Origin: Histomonas meleagridis 2922-C6/04-290x
Taxonomy: Eukaryota; Protista; Parabasalia
Assembly (NCBI GenBank): GCA_020184695.1
Contig: JAANOX010000246.1
Span: 1 to 64,000 of the forward strand
Reading direction: 5' to 3'
Length of the DNA: 64,000 bases
Shown: positions 34,918-45,889 of the stretch, in pieces
Layout: the number at the start of each line of letters is the position of its first letter
How positions within the stretch are numbered: position 1 is the first letter of the stretch
Made by a program: the position numbers and the translations under genes
Notes under the pieces: model-generated
The model's database searches: none
The model's input: the letters and a program-made list of their open reading frames with translations, nothing else
Told to the model about the DNA's origin: nothing

Positions 34918-35252
34918 AATAGCTCCCCATTGAATACTTTACACGAAAAATTTGTGAAATAAATTCTTATTGTTCTCCATTTCTTTTCCACATAAATGAG
35001 ACACCAATTTTTGATTTAATCTTATTCTTTACATTATAGGGAATTATTTTTTCAAACAAAAGGATTATAAAAAAATTGTAACAGTATTGATATCAATCAT
35101 GATTGAAACTAATATTTAGAATTTTCATGATTTAGATATTATCTTGAAATATTTTAAACATATGTTCAAAATTACATAAAAATAAACAGATTATCGTGAT
35201 CTTGAACAGAAAGTTTTAAAAAACATTTAAACGGCCATTCGAAATCGTGCAA

Positions 35253-36731
35253 ATGCTTTTTTTTGGGATTTTTTCGGTATTTATTTTCTCAAAAAAAATA
35301 TCTAAGGATTATGATGCAGTTCATTATATGAGAGAGCTAGAATTTCGCAATACAATTGATCAATACGATTTTGCAATTGTCCTTTTCTATCAAAAAGGAA
35401 ATAAAGATTGTGAAACAGCACTTCGAGGATTTCGTTCCTTAGCACTCAAAGCCAAAGGCCGAGCTGAATTCATTTCAATTAGTTATAAGAGCGGTCTCGA
35501 TGTTGCTGATGAACTTGGTGTAGTTGAATGGCCTTCATTTTTATCTTTTAGATATGGACATTTAATTGACACACTCAAAGGTTACACACCTCAACAAATG
35601 CATCATTATATTAAATCCATATTAGCAGCAAAATACAAATATGTTCATGATGCAAATGAAGCCAAAGAAGTTATTCAAAGTAACAATGCAACTTTTGTTG
35701 TTTCTATTCCTGTAATTGAACAAAGACTCGAAAAAATCATTTCTGTAATCACAGCCAAATTCCATAATAGGCTAAAATTTATTGTTCTTCCTACCCAAGA
35801 AATTTCGCAGTCACTTGGCATCAACGAATTTCCATCAATCTCCATTATAAGGACTCAAGATGATTCAATTACTACATTTAAGGGAGATGTATCGAAAGTT
35901 ACAGTTAAGTCACTTACTGACTTTGTTTCTCAAAACCTTGCTCCACGGTTCGAGTTTATGAAAACAATTCATTGCATCAAAGATAAAACATTTTTTTCTG
36001 CAATTTTCGAAACTAACAATGTTTCACAAACGAAACTTGTAAAGGAAATACTAGAAAAAGTTTCAAATGACCATCCAGATACTTTCCCTATCAGATATGG
36101 TGATATTAATCAACTTAAAAGGGAACTTCGCCGCATAAATCTTCAAAACTTTTCATCGCCCATTTTCATGTTCATTCAGTCCGATAACTTTGGATACAAA
36201 AAGTGGATTTTCAATGGAAAACCGTCGCCGATGGCATTATCTGCATTTTTTGCGGATCAAATACGTAATCGAAATCCTGAAACAATTGTTCATACACCAA
36301 TTGTTGATAAGCCAAGAAAATCTCTTCTTCGGTATTACGATGGTGTTGAGCTTAGGGATAATTTAGAAAAGAAAAAAAATTTTGATTTTATTGTAAATTT
36401 TGTTGGTTTTCCATGTGCACATTGTGATGAAATTGATAATTTGTTTATTGAAACAGCCAATTGGGCAAAAAATAATAAAGTGAATAATGTTTTGTTTGCG
36501 AGAGTAAACGCTTCTTGTAATGATATACCGAATGTTGTTTGGAAAAACGAAACATATCCATACGGATGGTTCTTCCCAGCAATGAACAGAGAATCGGCAT
36601 TTCCAATTGGAAAGCGAAGGGACTTATATTGGATGGTGCAGTTATTGGTTGACAATTCATCTTTGCCAATCGATGTAAAAGTCATGCCACCAAAACCAAC
36701 ATATAAGCCAGAACGGAATGAAGATTTGTAA
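35253..36731 (+). CDS. Secretory thioredoxin-fold / PDI-like protein
   Basis: Signal peptide; several Trx-like folds, CAHC motif (FVGFPCAHCDEI), FARVNASCN; ends RNEDL (KDEL-like). Confidence 0.75.
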   Translation: MLFFGIFSVFIFSKKISKDYDAVHYMRELEFRNTIDQYDFAIVLFYQKGNKDCETALRGFRSLALKAKGRAEFISISYKSGLDVADELGVVEWPSFLSFRYGHLIDTLKGYTPQQMHHYIKSILAAKYKYVHDANEAKEVIQSNNATFVVSIPVIEQRLEKIISVITAKFHNRLKFIVLPTQEISQSLGINEFPSISIIRTQDDSITTFKGDVSKVTVKSLTDFVSQNLAPRFEFMKTIHCIKDKTFFSAIFETNNVSQTKLVKEILEKVSNDHPDTFPIRYGDINQLKRELRRINLQNFSSPIFMFIQSDNFGYKKWIFNGKPSPMALSAFFADQIRNRNPETIVHTPIVDKPRKSLLRYYDGVELRDNLEKKKNFDFIVNFVGFPCAHCDEIDNLFIETANWAKNNKVNNVLFARVNASCNDIPNVVWKNETYPYGWFFPAMNRESAFPIGKRRDLYWMVQLLVDNSSLPIDVKVMPPKPTYKPERNEDL

Positions 36732-37000
36732 ATTTAATAAAATTTTTTTTGATGAAAATATTATGGTTATAATTTAGTATTAATTTCTCTGTTTTAATTT
36801 ACTTTCTTCAAATTTATATTTGAAGTGCTTAAATTGGATTTAAAGATACCTCATTCTCATTTAAAAAAAAAAAACATATTTTTAGATATTGTTTATAAAA
36901 ATCCGATTTTTTGATCATTGATATAACAGCACAAAATCCAAATTAAATTACACGTTAATAATAAAATTATTTTTCATTTAACATTTAATATATAATAAAA

Positions 37001-40000
37001 TTAATTTTTCTTTGCAAAGTATTCATCTTCTTTAAAATCATTTGCAAATGGATCATCATCAATGTTTGATAGATTCATCCCATAATCATTCATAGAAATA
37101 TCTTTGTTTTCTTCAATATCATCAACAACTTTCTCTTCTAAAAATTCGTTCTTATTTCGAATCCGTTTAAAAATTACAATAAGTATTATTATTATTATAA
37201 TTATTGCAACTCCAATACAAACACCAATGATAATATATGTATTGGTTTTGTTATTATTGTTTGGATCATTTTCATTTTGATTAAGAATTGTATAAAACCC
37301 GGAATAATATGAATAATATGATGAATAATGAACAATTATATATTCATATGAAATTATTATGGTATTAATATATGAATATTCGGAACCAATTAATGATAAT
37401 GTAATCGTATTAGTAAGAGTAGAATTATAAATAATTGTCTGTGTAATCGATTCTGATAAAATTATTGAATATGTAAATGTTACACCTGATTGTAGTGAAG
37501 TTGTAAGTAAATTGAAATATGTGTTCGAAAATGTATTTGATGATGTGAATGTATTAGAGAATGTATTTGATGATGTGAATGTGTGCGTTGGCCATGGATA
37601 TTGGTTACATTCTTCAACAGATGAACCTTTCGATACTGAAAGAGAACCAAATGTTTCATCTTCATAAAAATCTGATGTCATAACTGATTTTGCTGGTACA
37701 TTATTAAATGCACCTGAGCTTATATTTGTTGGTGGTTTGTTACCTGTGAAATAAATACAATGTAAATTGTTACAATTTTCAAATACATAATTTCCAATTG
37801 TTGTAATATTTTCAGATAATATAACTGTTCCTAAATTAGAACATGATCGAAATGCATAACTGTTAATTGTTGTTATAGTATTTGAAATTTCAATTTCATT
37901 TAATGATGTACATGATCGAAATGCATAACTTCCAATTGTTTGAACTTTTTCGCCAAATAAAATTGTTTTTAATGAAGAACAATATTGGAATGTATAACTA
38001 TTAATCGTCACAATATTGTTACCAATTTTAACAAATTCGAGATTAGTACATGATTCAAATATATTTGTTCCAATTGATGTAACTGAATCTGGAATTGTGA
38101 TATTAATTAATGATGAACATGAACGAAATGCATAATTTTTAATAGTTGCAACTTTTCCACCAATTTTTACTGTCTCTAAATCAGAACATTCAGCGAATGT
38201 ATAATTTTCAATTGATGTAATTAAATTTGGAATTTCAATATTAATTACAGATGAACATGCGCGGAATGCATAAGTTTCAATTGATGTAACTGAATCTGGA
38301 ATTGTGATATTAATTAATGATGAACATGATCGAAATGCATAGCTTCCAATTGTTTTAACATTACCGCTAAATATAATAGTTTCTAATTCAGAACAATAAG
38401 CAAGTGTATAACTGTTAATTATTGTAACTGAATCCGGTATCGTGATATTAATTAATGATTGACAATAATAAAATGCATAAGTTTCAATTGATGTAACTGA
38501 ATCTGGAATCGTGATATTAATCAATGATGAACATGATCGAAATGCATAGCTTCCAATTGTTTCAACATTTTCACTAATTACAATAGTTTCTAATTCAGAA
38601 CAATAAGCAAATGTATAAGTTTGAATTGATGTAACTGAATCTGGAATTATGATGTTAATTAATGATGAACATGAATAAAATGCATAACTTCCAATAGATG
38701 TAACTGAATCTGGAATTACAATATTAATTAATGATGAACATTGATAAAATGCATAACTTTCAATTGTTATTACATTTTCATTAATTTTAACTGTTTGCAA
38801 ATCAGAACAATCAGCAAATGCATAATTATTAATTATTGTAACTGAATCTGGAATTGTGATATTAATTAATGATGAACATGATCGAAATGCATAACTTCCA
38901 ATTGATGTAACTGAATCTGGAATTACAATATTTGTTAATGATGAACATGATCGAAATGCATAACTTTGGATTGTTTTTACATTTTCACCAATTTTAACTG
39001 TTTGCAAATCAGAACAATATGCAAATGCATAACTTTGAATTGTTGTAACTGAATCTGGAATTTCAACATCAGTTAATGATGAACATTGATAAAATGAATA
39101 ACTTCCAATTGATGTAACTGAATCTGGAATTTGAATGTTAATTAATGATGAACATTGATAAAATGAATAACTTCCAATTGATGTAACTGAATCTGGAATT
39201 TGAATGTTAATTAATGATGAACATTGATAAAATGAATAACTTCCAATTGATGTGACTGAATTTAAGATTTCATATGTTTGACGTGTAATTGCTGCAGGAT
39301 AACAAACAATAGTTGTATAAGCTTTGTTATAAAGAATTCCATCTTCTGTATTAATATAATAATTATTTCCTTTTGATACTTCAATAAATTGAAGTTTTGT
39401 ACATCCTGCAAAAACAGCTGTTCCGATAGATGAAACTGAATCTGGAATTACAATATTTGTTAATGATGAACATGATCGAAATGCATAACTTTGGATTGTT
39501 TTTACATTTTCACCAATTTTAACTGTTTGCAAATCAGAACAATATGCAAATGCATAACTTTGAATTGTTGTAACTGAATCTGGAATTTCAACATCAGTTA
39601 ATGATGAACATTGATAAAATGAATAACTTCCAATTGATGTAACTGAATCTGGAATTTGAATGTTAATTAATGATGAACATTGATAAAATGAATAACTTCC
39701 AATTGATGTAACTGAATCTGGAATTTGAATGTTAATTAATGATGAACATTGATAAAATGAATAACTTCCAATTGATGTGACTGAATTTAAGATTTCATAT
39801 GTTTGACGTGTAATTGCTGCAGGATAACAAACAATAGTTGTATAAGCTTTGTTATAAAGAATTCCATCTTCTGTATTAATATAATAATTATTTCCTTTTG
39901 ATACTTCAATAAATTGAAGTTTTGTACATCCTGCAAAAACAGCTGTTCCGATAGATGAAACTGAATCTGGAATTACAATATTTGTTAATGATGAACATGA

Positions 40001-40714
40001 TCGAAATGCATAACTTTGGATTGTTTTTACATTTTCACCAATTTTAACTGTTTGCAAATCAGAACAATATGCAAATGCATAACTTTGAATTGTTGTAACT
40101 GAATCTGGAATTTCAACATCAGTTAATGATGAACATTGATAAAATGCATAACTTTGAATTGTCAATAAATTTTTACCAAGATTTAATGTATCTAAGTAAC
40201 AATAACCAAATGCATAATTTCCAATAGAAGTAACTGTATCACCAATATTAACTGAAATCAATGAATACCATTGATAAAAAGCATTTGATTCCAATTCTTC
40301 AACTCCACCTTGGATTATAAGATGTTGTGCTTGACTTTTATATGAACTTCGTCCAGAATATTCACTTGATGTGGAAATTGTAAGTGTTTTGGTTGTTGGA
40401 TCATATGTTCCAAATGATTGCACAAAAAAGAGAACAAATAGAAGTGGTAAAATTCTGTTTTTAAATGTTTTTTTTGTGTCATAGCATTTTAATGAAAATA
40501 CACTCAATGTCGAAATATTAATCAAAAATGATATAAAATTGGCAATATGTTGCGTAAACCAACAGAAGATACACGAAAAGAAAATAAAATAAAATATTGT
40601 AATAACATGTTCAATTGACAAAAATTCTGTGACAAATTTTTCTGTTCCATAGAGTGCTTCAAAATCGGTATAAATTAGAGAGATATTCTTGTTAAAATTC
40701 ATGTCGTAAGTCAC
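37001..40714 (-). CDS. Large BspA-like LRR_5 surface protein with S/T stalk, TM and acidic tail (true start probably near 40470)
   Basis: More than 30 IPDSVTSIGSYAF.C LRR_5 units; THTFTSSNTF repeats; TM YIIIGVCIGVAIIIIIIILIVIF; tail DDDPFANDFKED. Confidence 0.92.
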   Translation of the reverse strand: MTYDMNFNKNISLIYTDFEALYGTEKFVTEFLSIEHVITIFYFIFFSCIFCWFTQHIANFISFLINISTLSVFSLKCYDTKKTFKNRILPLLFVLFFVQSFGTYDPTTKTLTISTSSEYSGRSSYKSQAQHLIIQGGVEELESNAFYQWYSLISVNIGDTVTSIGNYAFGYCYLDTLNLGKNLLTIQSYAFYQCSSLTDVEIPDSVTTIQSYAFAYCSDLQTVKIGENVKTIQSYAFRSCSSLTNIVIPDSVSSIGTAVFAGCTKLQFIEVSKGNNYYINTEDGILYNKAYTTIVCYPAAITRQTYEILNSVTSIGSYSFYQCSSLINIQIPDSVTSIGSYSFYQCSSLINIQIPDSVTSIGSYSFYQCSSLTDVEIPDSVTTIQSYAFAYCSDLQTVKIGENVKTIQSYAFRSCSSLTNIVIPDSVSSIGTAVFAGCTKLQFIEVSKGNNYYINTEDGILYNKAYTTIVCYPAAITRQTYEILNSVTSIGSYSFYQCSSLINIQIPDSVTSIGSYSFYQCSSLINIQIPDSVTSIGSYSFYQCSSLTDVEIPDSVTTIQSYAFAYCSDLQTVKIGENVKTIQSYAFRSCSSLTNIVIPDSVTSIGSYAFRSCSSLINITIPDSVTIINNYAFADCSDLQTVKINENVITIESYAFYQCSSLINIVIPDSVTSIGSYAFYSCSSLINIIIPDSVTSIQTYTFAYCSELETIVISENVETIGSYAFRSCSSLINITIPDSVTSIETYAFYYCQSLINITIPDSVTIINSYTLAYCSELETIIFSGNVKTIGSYAFRSCSSLINITIPDSVTSIETYAFRACSSVINIEIPNLITSIENYTFAECSDLETVKIGGKVATIKNYAFRSCSSLINITIPDSVTSIGTNIFESCTNLEFVKIGNNIVTINSYTFQYCSSLKTILFGEKVQTIGSYAFRSCTSLNEIEISNTITTINSYAFRSCSNLGTVILSENITTIGNYVFENCNNLHCIYFTGNKPPTNISSGAFNNVPAKSVMTSDFYEDETFGSLSVSKGSSVEECNQYPWPTHTFTSSNTFSNTFTSSNTFSNTYFNLLTTSLQSGVTFTYSIILSESITQTIIYNSTLTNTITLSLIGSEYSYINTIIISYEYIIVHYSSYYSYYSGFYTILNQNENDPNNNNKTNTYIIIGVCIGVAIIIIIIILIVIFKRIRNKNEFLEEKVVDDIEENKDISMNDYGMNLSNIDDDPFANDFKEDEYFAKKN
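38909..40146. repeat. Near-perfect 525-bp tandem duplication (about 2.4 copies) containing identical 69-bp LRR units
   Basis: CTGAATCTGGAATTACAATATTTG at 38911, 39436 and 39961; TTTAAGATTTCATATG at 39261 and 39786. Confidence 0.9.
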
Positions 40715-41161
40715 AATGTTTCGATAAGGTGTTTGTCAACCGATCTCAAACCAATCGATTTTTCAATGAATAAAATTCGATGAAATACAAATTTGAAAGT
40801 TCGTCACAAAAGTATCAATGTTATTCAAAAAATTCAATTTAAATATGCGGCTAAGAGCCGGCTTATATATACTGTTCGAAGTAACCACATTATGACGATA
40901 AAACTGTAGGACGTATATTCAATGCATTATTTCATAAACTATTTAAATCCAAAATGAAAAAAAAATACGAATATCATTTCGTGACGCAATGAGCAGCAAC
41001 ACAAACCCAATGATTTATTTAATTGTGCAAATACATTACAAATAATCAATAATTAATGCGAGATATTTTGCTTTATTTATCTTTGATTCCGAAAGTGACG
41101 CTATTTCGAATAAAAAAGTCGATACAAAAGTGACGCATAAAACCATTGAAGCACTTTCCTT

Positions 41162-42403
41162 ATGAATCTTACCACCATTTATCTTTCCATTTCCTATATA
41201 GGAAGTTCACCATTTTCAATAACAACAAGTGCAACAAGCAAAATTCATGTTACGTTTCAAAATCTATATGCAAAAAAATTTTTTAATAATTTTTTTTTTT
41301 CAACAAAATCAATATCATCATTTAAAAATTGTCAATTCACGCATTTTTTAAGTTCTCCGATCACCATTCAGAAAATTCTTATTTCTGATCAGAAGAACTC
41401 AATGCATTATCAATTTTCTTTCGAAACAAATCTGGAAATTTATTTTACCACATTTACAAATATTGTAACGGGTAATAATGGCGGAGCTATTGAGATCAAA
41501 AATCCAGATGCTTATTTACAAATGCGGTTTTCTTTATTTGAGAATATATTTTCATCTGGATTTGGAGGTGCTGTTTATTTTAATGGAAATAAAGCAACAT
41601 TTTATTCTGTTTGCTTTGATAATTGTTCTTGTATCAAAGGAGGGATGTCTATTTATTTTGATGGATATGACGATTTTTCAAACTTTCAATTTGATTATTC
41701 TACAATTACAAGGTGTTCACGAGAAACAACGTCATCTCGTTCTTTTTCAATTTTAGCTGACAAAGGCGAGCAACAAATATTCAATATAAATTCAACAAAT
41801 AATTATGCATTTTCTGGAGTAAGCCTTGGGAGCAAAAATGCACAAACATTAAAGATGGAGTTTTGTGAATTTACTCAAAACTCAGGTAATTCCTTGTTTT
41901 ATGTTTCTGGTGATTCGAATCAAAAGACAGATTTCAATCATTGTAATGTTCTGAATTGTGATGCAAAAGAAGCACTTTTTGAGTTAAATCAATGCTTTAT
42001 TCGAGTGGAGCACTTTTCGGTTTTTGGAACCAAAACAGGATTTTTTGGGAAAGGTGGTACTCTTGAATTTAGTAATGTTTACACAGATTTACCTAAGGAC
42101 ATAAATGTTTTGAACTGTCAGTTCTCGTGTGATGATAGTTGTAAATTTAATACTGATTTTAAACAACAACAAATCAAATATGTTGACACAGCTTTATGCC
42201 ATCAAGTACAAACTATGCTAGTATATGGTGCTTCTTCAATGAAGAATAATTATATATTTTTGCTTGTGTGTGGTGCAATTGCATTTCTTTATTTCATATA
42301 TGTCACATTTTTCCAAAGAACAGAATACGTTCATCATCGATACCATCGCCGCCATCGTCAATATCATTACAGAAATTTAGCAGACCAAGATTTTTATGAT
42401 TAA
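41162..42403 (+). CDS. Predicted membrane protein with Pmp-like (GGAI/FxxN) beta-helix and C-terminal TM
   Basis: NNGGAIEI, GFGGAVYF, KGGMSIYF; TM YIFLLVCGAIAFLYFIYVTFF; His/Arg-rich tail. Confidence 0.6.
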   Translation: MNLTTIYLSISYIGSSPFSITTSATSKIHVTFQNLYAKKFFNNFFFSTKSISSFKNCQFTHFLSSPITIQKILISDQKNSMHYQFSFETNLEIYFTTFTNIVTGNNGGAIEIKNPDAYLQMRFSLFENIFSSGFGGAVYFNGNKATFYSVCFDNCSCIKGGMSIYFDGYDDFSNFQFDYSTITRCSRETTSSRSFSILADKGEQQIFNINSTNNYAFSGVSLGSKNAQTLKMEFCEFTQNSGNSLFYVSGDSNQKTDFNHCNVLNCDAKEALFELNQCFIRVEHFSVFGTKTGFFGKGGTLEFSNVYTDLPKDINVLNCQFSCDDSCKFNTDFKQQQIKYVDTALCHQVQTMLVYGASSMKNNYIFLLVCGAIAFLYFIYVTFFQRTEYVHHRYHRRHRQYHYRNLADQDFYD

Positions 42404-42515
42404 ACATTTGTTTGAATGCAAATTTTTCATTTCACAAAAGTGAAGTTATTTAACGTCTTATAATTTTTCGAACGTTATTAACCATTCAAAAAGTTTCTCT
42501 GGTCGAACATTACGA

Positions 42516-44741
42516 ATGACTTCTGAAGAACCACAATCACCAGTTTCATATGAAAAATGGTTAGAAATTCATAAAGAAATATTTGAACAACATAAATTTC
42601 CTGTTGAGGAATTAGGACAACTTCTTTATAAAAAATTACTTGATGAAAATATGGATGCTAATCTTTACTTTTCAATTGATACACAAGCAGATCCAACACT
42701 TGTTTATACACCGAAAGAAGGACTTCCGCTTCTTACACGAAATAGTAATGTTTTTATATGTGATCATTGTTGGTCACCTGAACCAATTCATCTTTATGAA
42801 GAATGGAAAAGTAATGAAGCTTTACGTACACGCCTTGAGCCTTTCTTTGAAAACCCAGAACCACCAACACCAACTTTAACTCTTGAAGAAAGAATTCGTA
42901 CATGTGATGGAAAGAATCTCGAACTTGATGACCTTGAGCTTGAAGCCATTACTCCTCTTTCTCTTCCAACACTGTTTCCAAACTTGGAAACATTAAGTCT
43001 TTGGGGTAACAATCTTCGTAATGTTGCAGATTTGTTAACAACACTTTCAAGCTTACCTAACCTTCGAGCTCTTTGGATCAAAAGCAACCCACTTAATGAT
43101 GCTCCAGGCATTAAAGAATCCATTTTATCAATATGTCCAAAACTTGAAATTTATAATTCTGTCTTTACAAACAATTACACAGAATGGGCTCTTCTTTATA
43201 TTAGCCATTCATCAGATGCTTCCACTATTGCCAATCTTGACTTAAGTGATCGTGAGATATCATCTCTTAAAATGGATGTCTTTAAACCCTTCAAAAACGT
43301 TGCCAAGGCCGACTTCACTGGCAATTCAGTTGATCTTAGTCATATCACGGACTATTTACCCAATTTATATTCCATCAAATGTGATGAAGAACAAATTCCG
43401 ACACTTCCAAAGACCATAGTATTTGTCAATGGCGTTGATCCCGAAACTGGTGATGTTTCCATGAGTGTTCCTGATCGTATTTGGGATCATATTCAAGCCG
43501 CCGGCGATCGATGGGGTTTAGGCGATGAAGTTGCATTAAGTATCCATCACTCCCTTAATGGCAATTGTAATTCGATGCCATGTGGTTCACCAAAGACTTT
43601 TTATACATATTTCATATTTTGGCCAAACCGAGATCTTCAGCCATTAGAAGAGATCACAAGTAACTTGTACCCACTTATACAGTTTGGATCCACGTCTGAA
43701 GTTGAACGACCTATTTTACCTATGCAACCACTCACATCCAAATTTAAGTCGAGTGTATGCACTAAGCGGCCAATCAAAGTGTACTTAGATAACTCTACTT
43801 TTAAGAGCAATTTACATTCGGACAAATTTGAAATTGTCGAAAATCCGAACGAAGCTGATTTACAATGGATATCATATCACGACACTCGTGATTATGAAGA
43901 GATCTATAAGAACCACATCTTATACAACCAAATTGAAGGTGAACAATATACAACAATCAAAGATATGATGTATGAAAACGTCCTTGAATACATGGGCGAA
44001 GTCAAATGGTTACCAAAGACATTTATATTATGCGAGCCGGAAGACGTCACTGGCTTTTTAGAATACGACCGAAAGCTTAAAAGTAGTTCGCAATCATCCG
44101 CATGGATTGTCAAAGCGTTTAATCAAACGCGTGGTACATTTATGGTTGTGACAGAATCTCCATCAGAAGTATTACGTCATGCATCAGTTGGGCCGCGTCT
44201 AACGCAACGTTATATCTGGAATCCATTGTTAATTTCCGGTGTTAAGTTCGACTTAAGATATATTGTGTTGTTGAAGTCAGTCAAACCGATGGAATTATTC
44301 GCTTATAAAGTGTTCTGGCCAAGACTGTCGCCAAAGAAATGGGCGCTTGATGACTTCGATGATTATGAAAGACATTTTACAGTGATGAATTATAGGGCGC
44401 CGAGTAAGGTGACGCATAAAACTTATGTCGACTTTATAGAAATGTTCGAAAACGAAAACAAAGGAATTAAATGGGATACAGTCCAGCAAAAGATATACGA
44501 GGCAATTAGGGATTTGTTTAAGTGCGGATGCCAAAAAATGGTCGCAACTCCTTACACAAAGGCTATGTACGGAATAGACGTAATGGTGACAAACGATTTG
44601 GAGCCAATCATTTTGGAGTGTAACTTCCAGCCTGACTGTAAAAGAGCGTGCAACCTCTGCCCGACATTTGTGGACGATGTGTTTGAGGTTTTATATGTGG
44701 AACAACCAGTGACAAATGATAAAGTTGTGCAAATTAATTAA
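42516..44741 (+). CDS. Tubulin-tyrosine ligase-like protein (TTLL12-like) with LRRs
   Basis: NVFICDHCW, LETLSLWGNNL LRRs, WIVKAFNQTRG, TQRYIWNPLL...KFDLRYIVLL, RHFTVMNY, AMYGIDVM, LECNFQPDC. Confidence 0.88.
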   Translation: MTSEEPQSPVSYEKWLEIHKEIFEQHKFPVEELGQLLYKKLLDENMDANLYFSIDTQADPTLVYTPKEGLPLLTRNSNVFICDHCWSPEPIHLYEEWKSNEALRTRLEPFFENPEPPTPTLTLEERIRTCDGKNLELDDLELEAITPLSLPTLFPNLETLSLWGNNLRNVADLLTTLSSLPNLRALWIKSNPLNDAPGIKESILSICPKLEIYNSVFTNNYTEWALLYISHSSDASTIANLDLSDREISSLKMDVFKPFKNVAKADFTGNSVDLSHITDYLPNLYSIKCDEEQIPTLPKTIVFVNGVDPETGDVSMSVPDRIWDHIQAAGDRWGLGDEVALSIHHSLNGNCNSMPCGSPKTFYTYFIFWPNRDLQPLEEITSNLYPLIQFGSTSEVERPILPMQPLTSKFKSSVCTKRPIKVYLDNSTFKSNLHSDKFEIVENPNEADLQWISYHDTRDYEEIYKNHILYNQIEGEQYTTIKDMMYENVLEYMGEVKWLPKTFILCEPEDVTGFLEYDRKLKSSSQSSAWIVKAFNQTRGTFMVVTESPSEVLRHASVGPRLTQRYIWNPLLISGVKFDLRYIVLLKSVKPMELFAYKVFWPRLSPKKWALDDFDDYERHFTVMNYRAPSKVTHKTYVDFIEMFENENKGIKWDTVQQKIYEAIRDLFKCGCQKMVATPYTKAMYGIDVMVTNDLEPIILECNFQPDCKRACNLCPTFVDDVFEVLYVEQPVTNDKVVQIN

Positions 44742-45011
44742 ATAATGAAATTAATATAATTTTTGAATGATTATCTATTATAAAAAGAGTTGTGTTATAA
44801 AGCATTTGAACTAAATGATTTTTATCATAAAAATATATTTACATACATAAAAATCAAACACTTGGGGTTTATTAAATAAGATGGAAGTGTAATACCAATT
44901 AATGAAATACATAAATAAAAAGCACTATTTTAGATTGTTATTGATATTAAATTCTTAGATAATAATGAATCTGAAATTAATCACCTATTTCATGTGTTTA
45001 AACCACTGTGT

Positions 45012-45220
45012 TCATGTTTCCTCATTTATTTGAATTCCTTCTTGCTTAAGAAGTATTTGAACTATGCCTTTGTGATTGTTTTTAGTTGCTAAATGAAGTG
45101 CTGTATCAAATAATTTATGTAATTTTCAAATATTATTTTAAATCATTGATTTATTAAAATAAATATTCAATGAAGCAGATAAAAATTTTTTTGATTAATA
45201 TCAATTCCTTCATGTTCAGA
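45012..45220 (-). pseudogene. Isolated ankyrin fragment with one 77-nt cluster of 17-nt elements
   Basis: Reverse strand: SEHEGIDINQKN - [45184-45108: 17-AAT-17-AAT-17-GAA-17] - DTALHLATKNNHKGIVQILLKQEGIQINEET*. Confidence 0.8.
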
Positions 45221-45889
45221 CTTTAATACACCACATTATAAATAATATATTTCACGTATTTTATGAAGTATTTTGAATTTTTGGTAACCAAACATTCAGA
45301 TTTATATATTTTGGTAAATCATATTAACCTCTCATTTAAAAAGCATGAAATGGATCTGATTTAAATCAACGCAATTATTTAAATTATTTTAAAATTTCAT
45401 ATCATTTTTATTTGTGAATATATAAACAACGTATCAGGAAAGAAAAGCTTGAATTTGAAGATTTTTATTCTCTTGTTATCCTTTACAATCTAAATGAATG
45501 GTATTTGATCGTCTGTTGTACATATTTTTTTTGTATGAAAAAGTGCTTAACTGTTTTCCAGCGGCTACGGCGGTTTGCATGGCCATAACCACCTATTGTT
45601 ACCCTGAGCTTCCTCGTGGAAATCAGGCTTCTAAGGATGGGACACCAGTGGAGGAGGTAAACGAGACTTTTGTTGGAATTGTATGCCTTATTCCATACAC
45701 CATATTTTAATCAATCAATTTTTCCTTTGTGATCCCTTTTACCATATCCAAAGTCCTTTTATGCACTTCCTGAGGATTGTATTTGATTCTCTTTTTTTAA
45801 CATCCGAATTTTCTGAGATTTTGATTTCCATTTTTGTAAAGAGTATAATTGCAAAAACTTTTGTATTACATCCAAATTATATTTTTTAG

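Noticed and set aside
45373-45389. Exact + strand copy of slot-4 element AATTATTTAAATTATTT
   Set aside because: Flanks do not give a convincing 17+3 register or ankyrin exon; may be chance in AT-rich DNA or a remnant.
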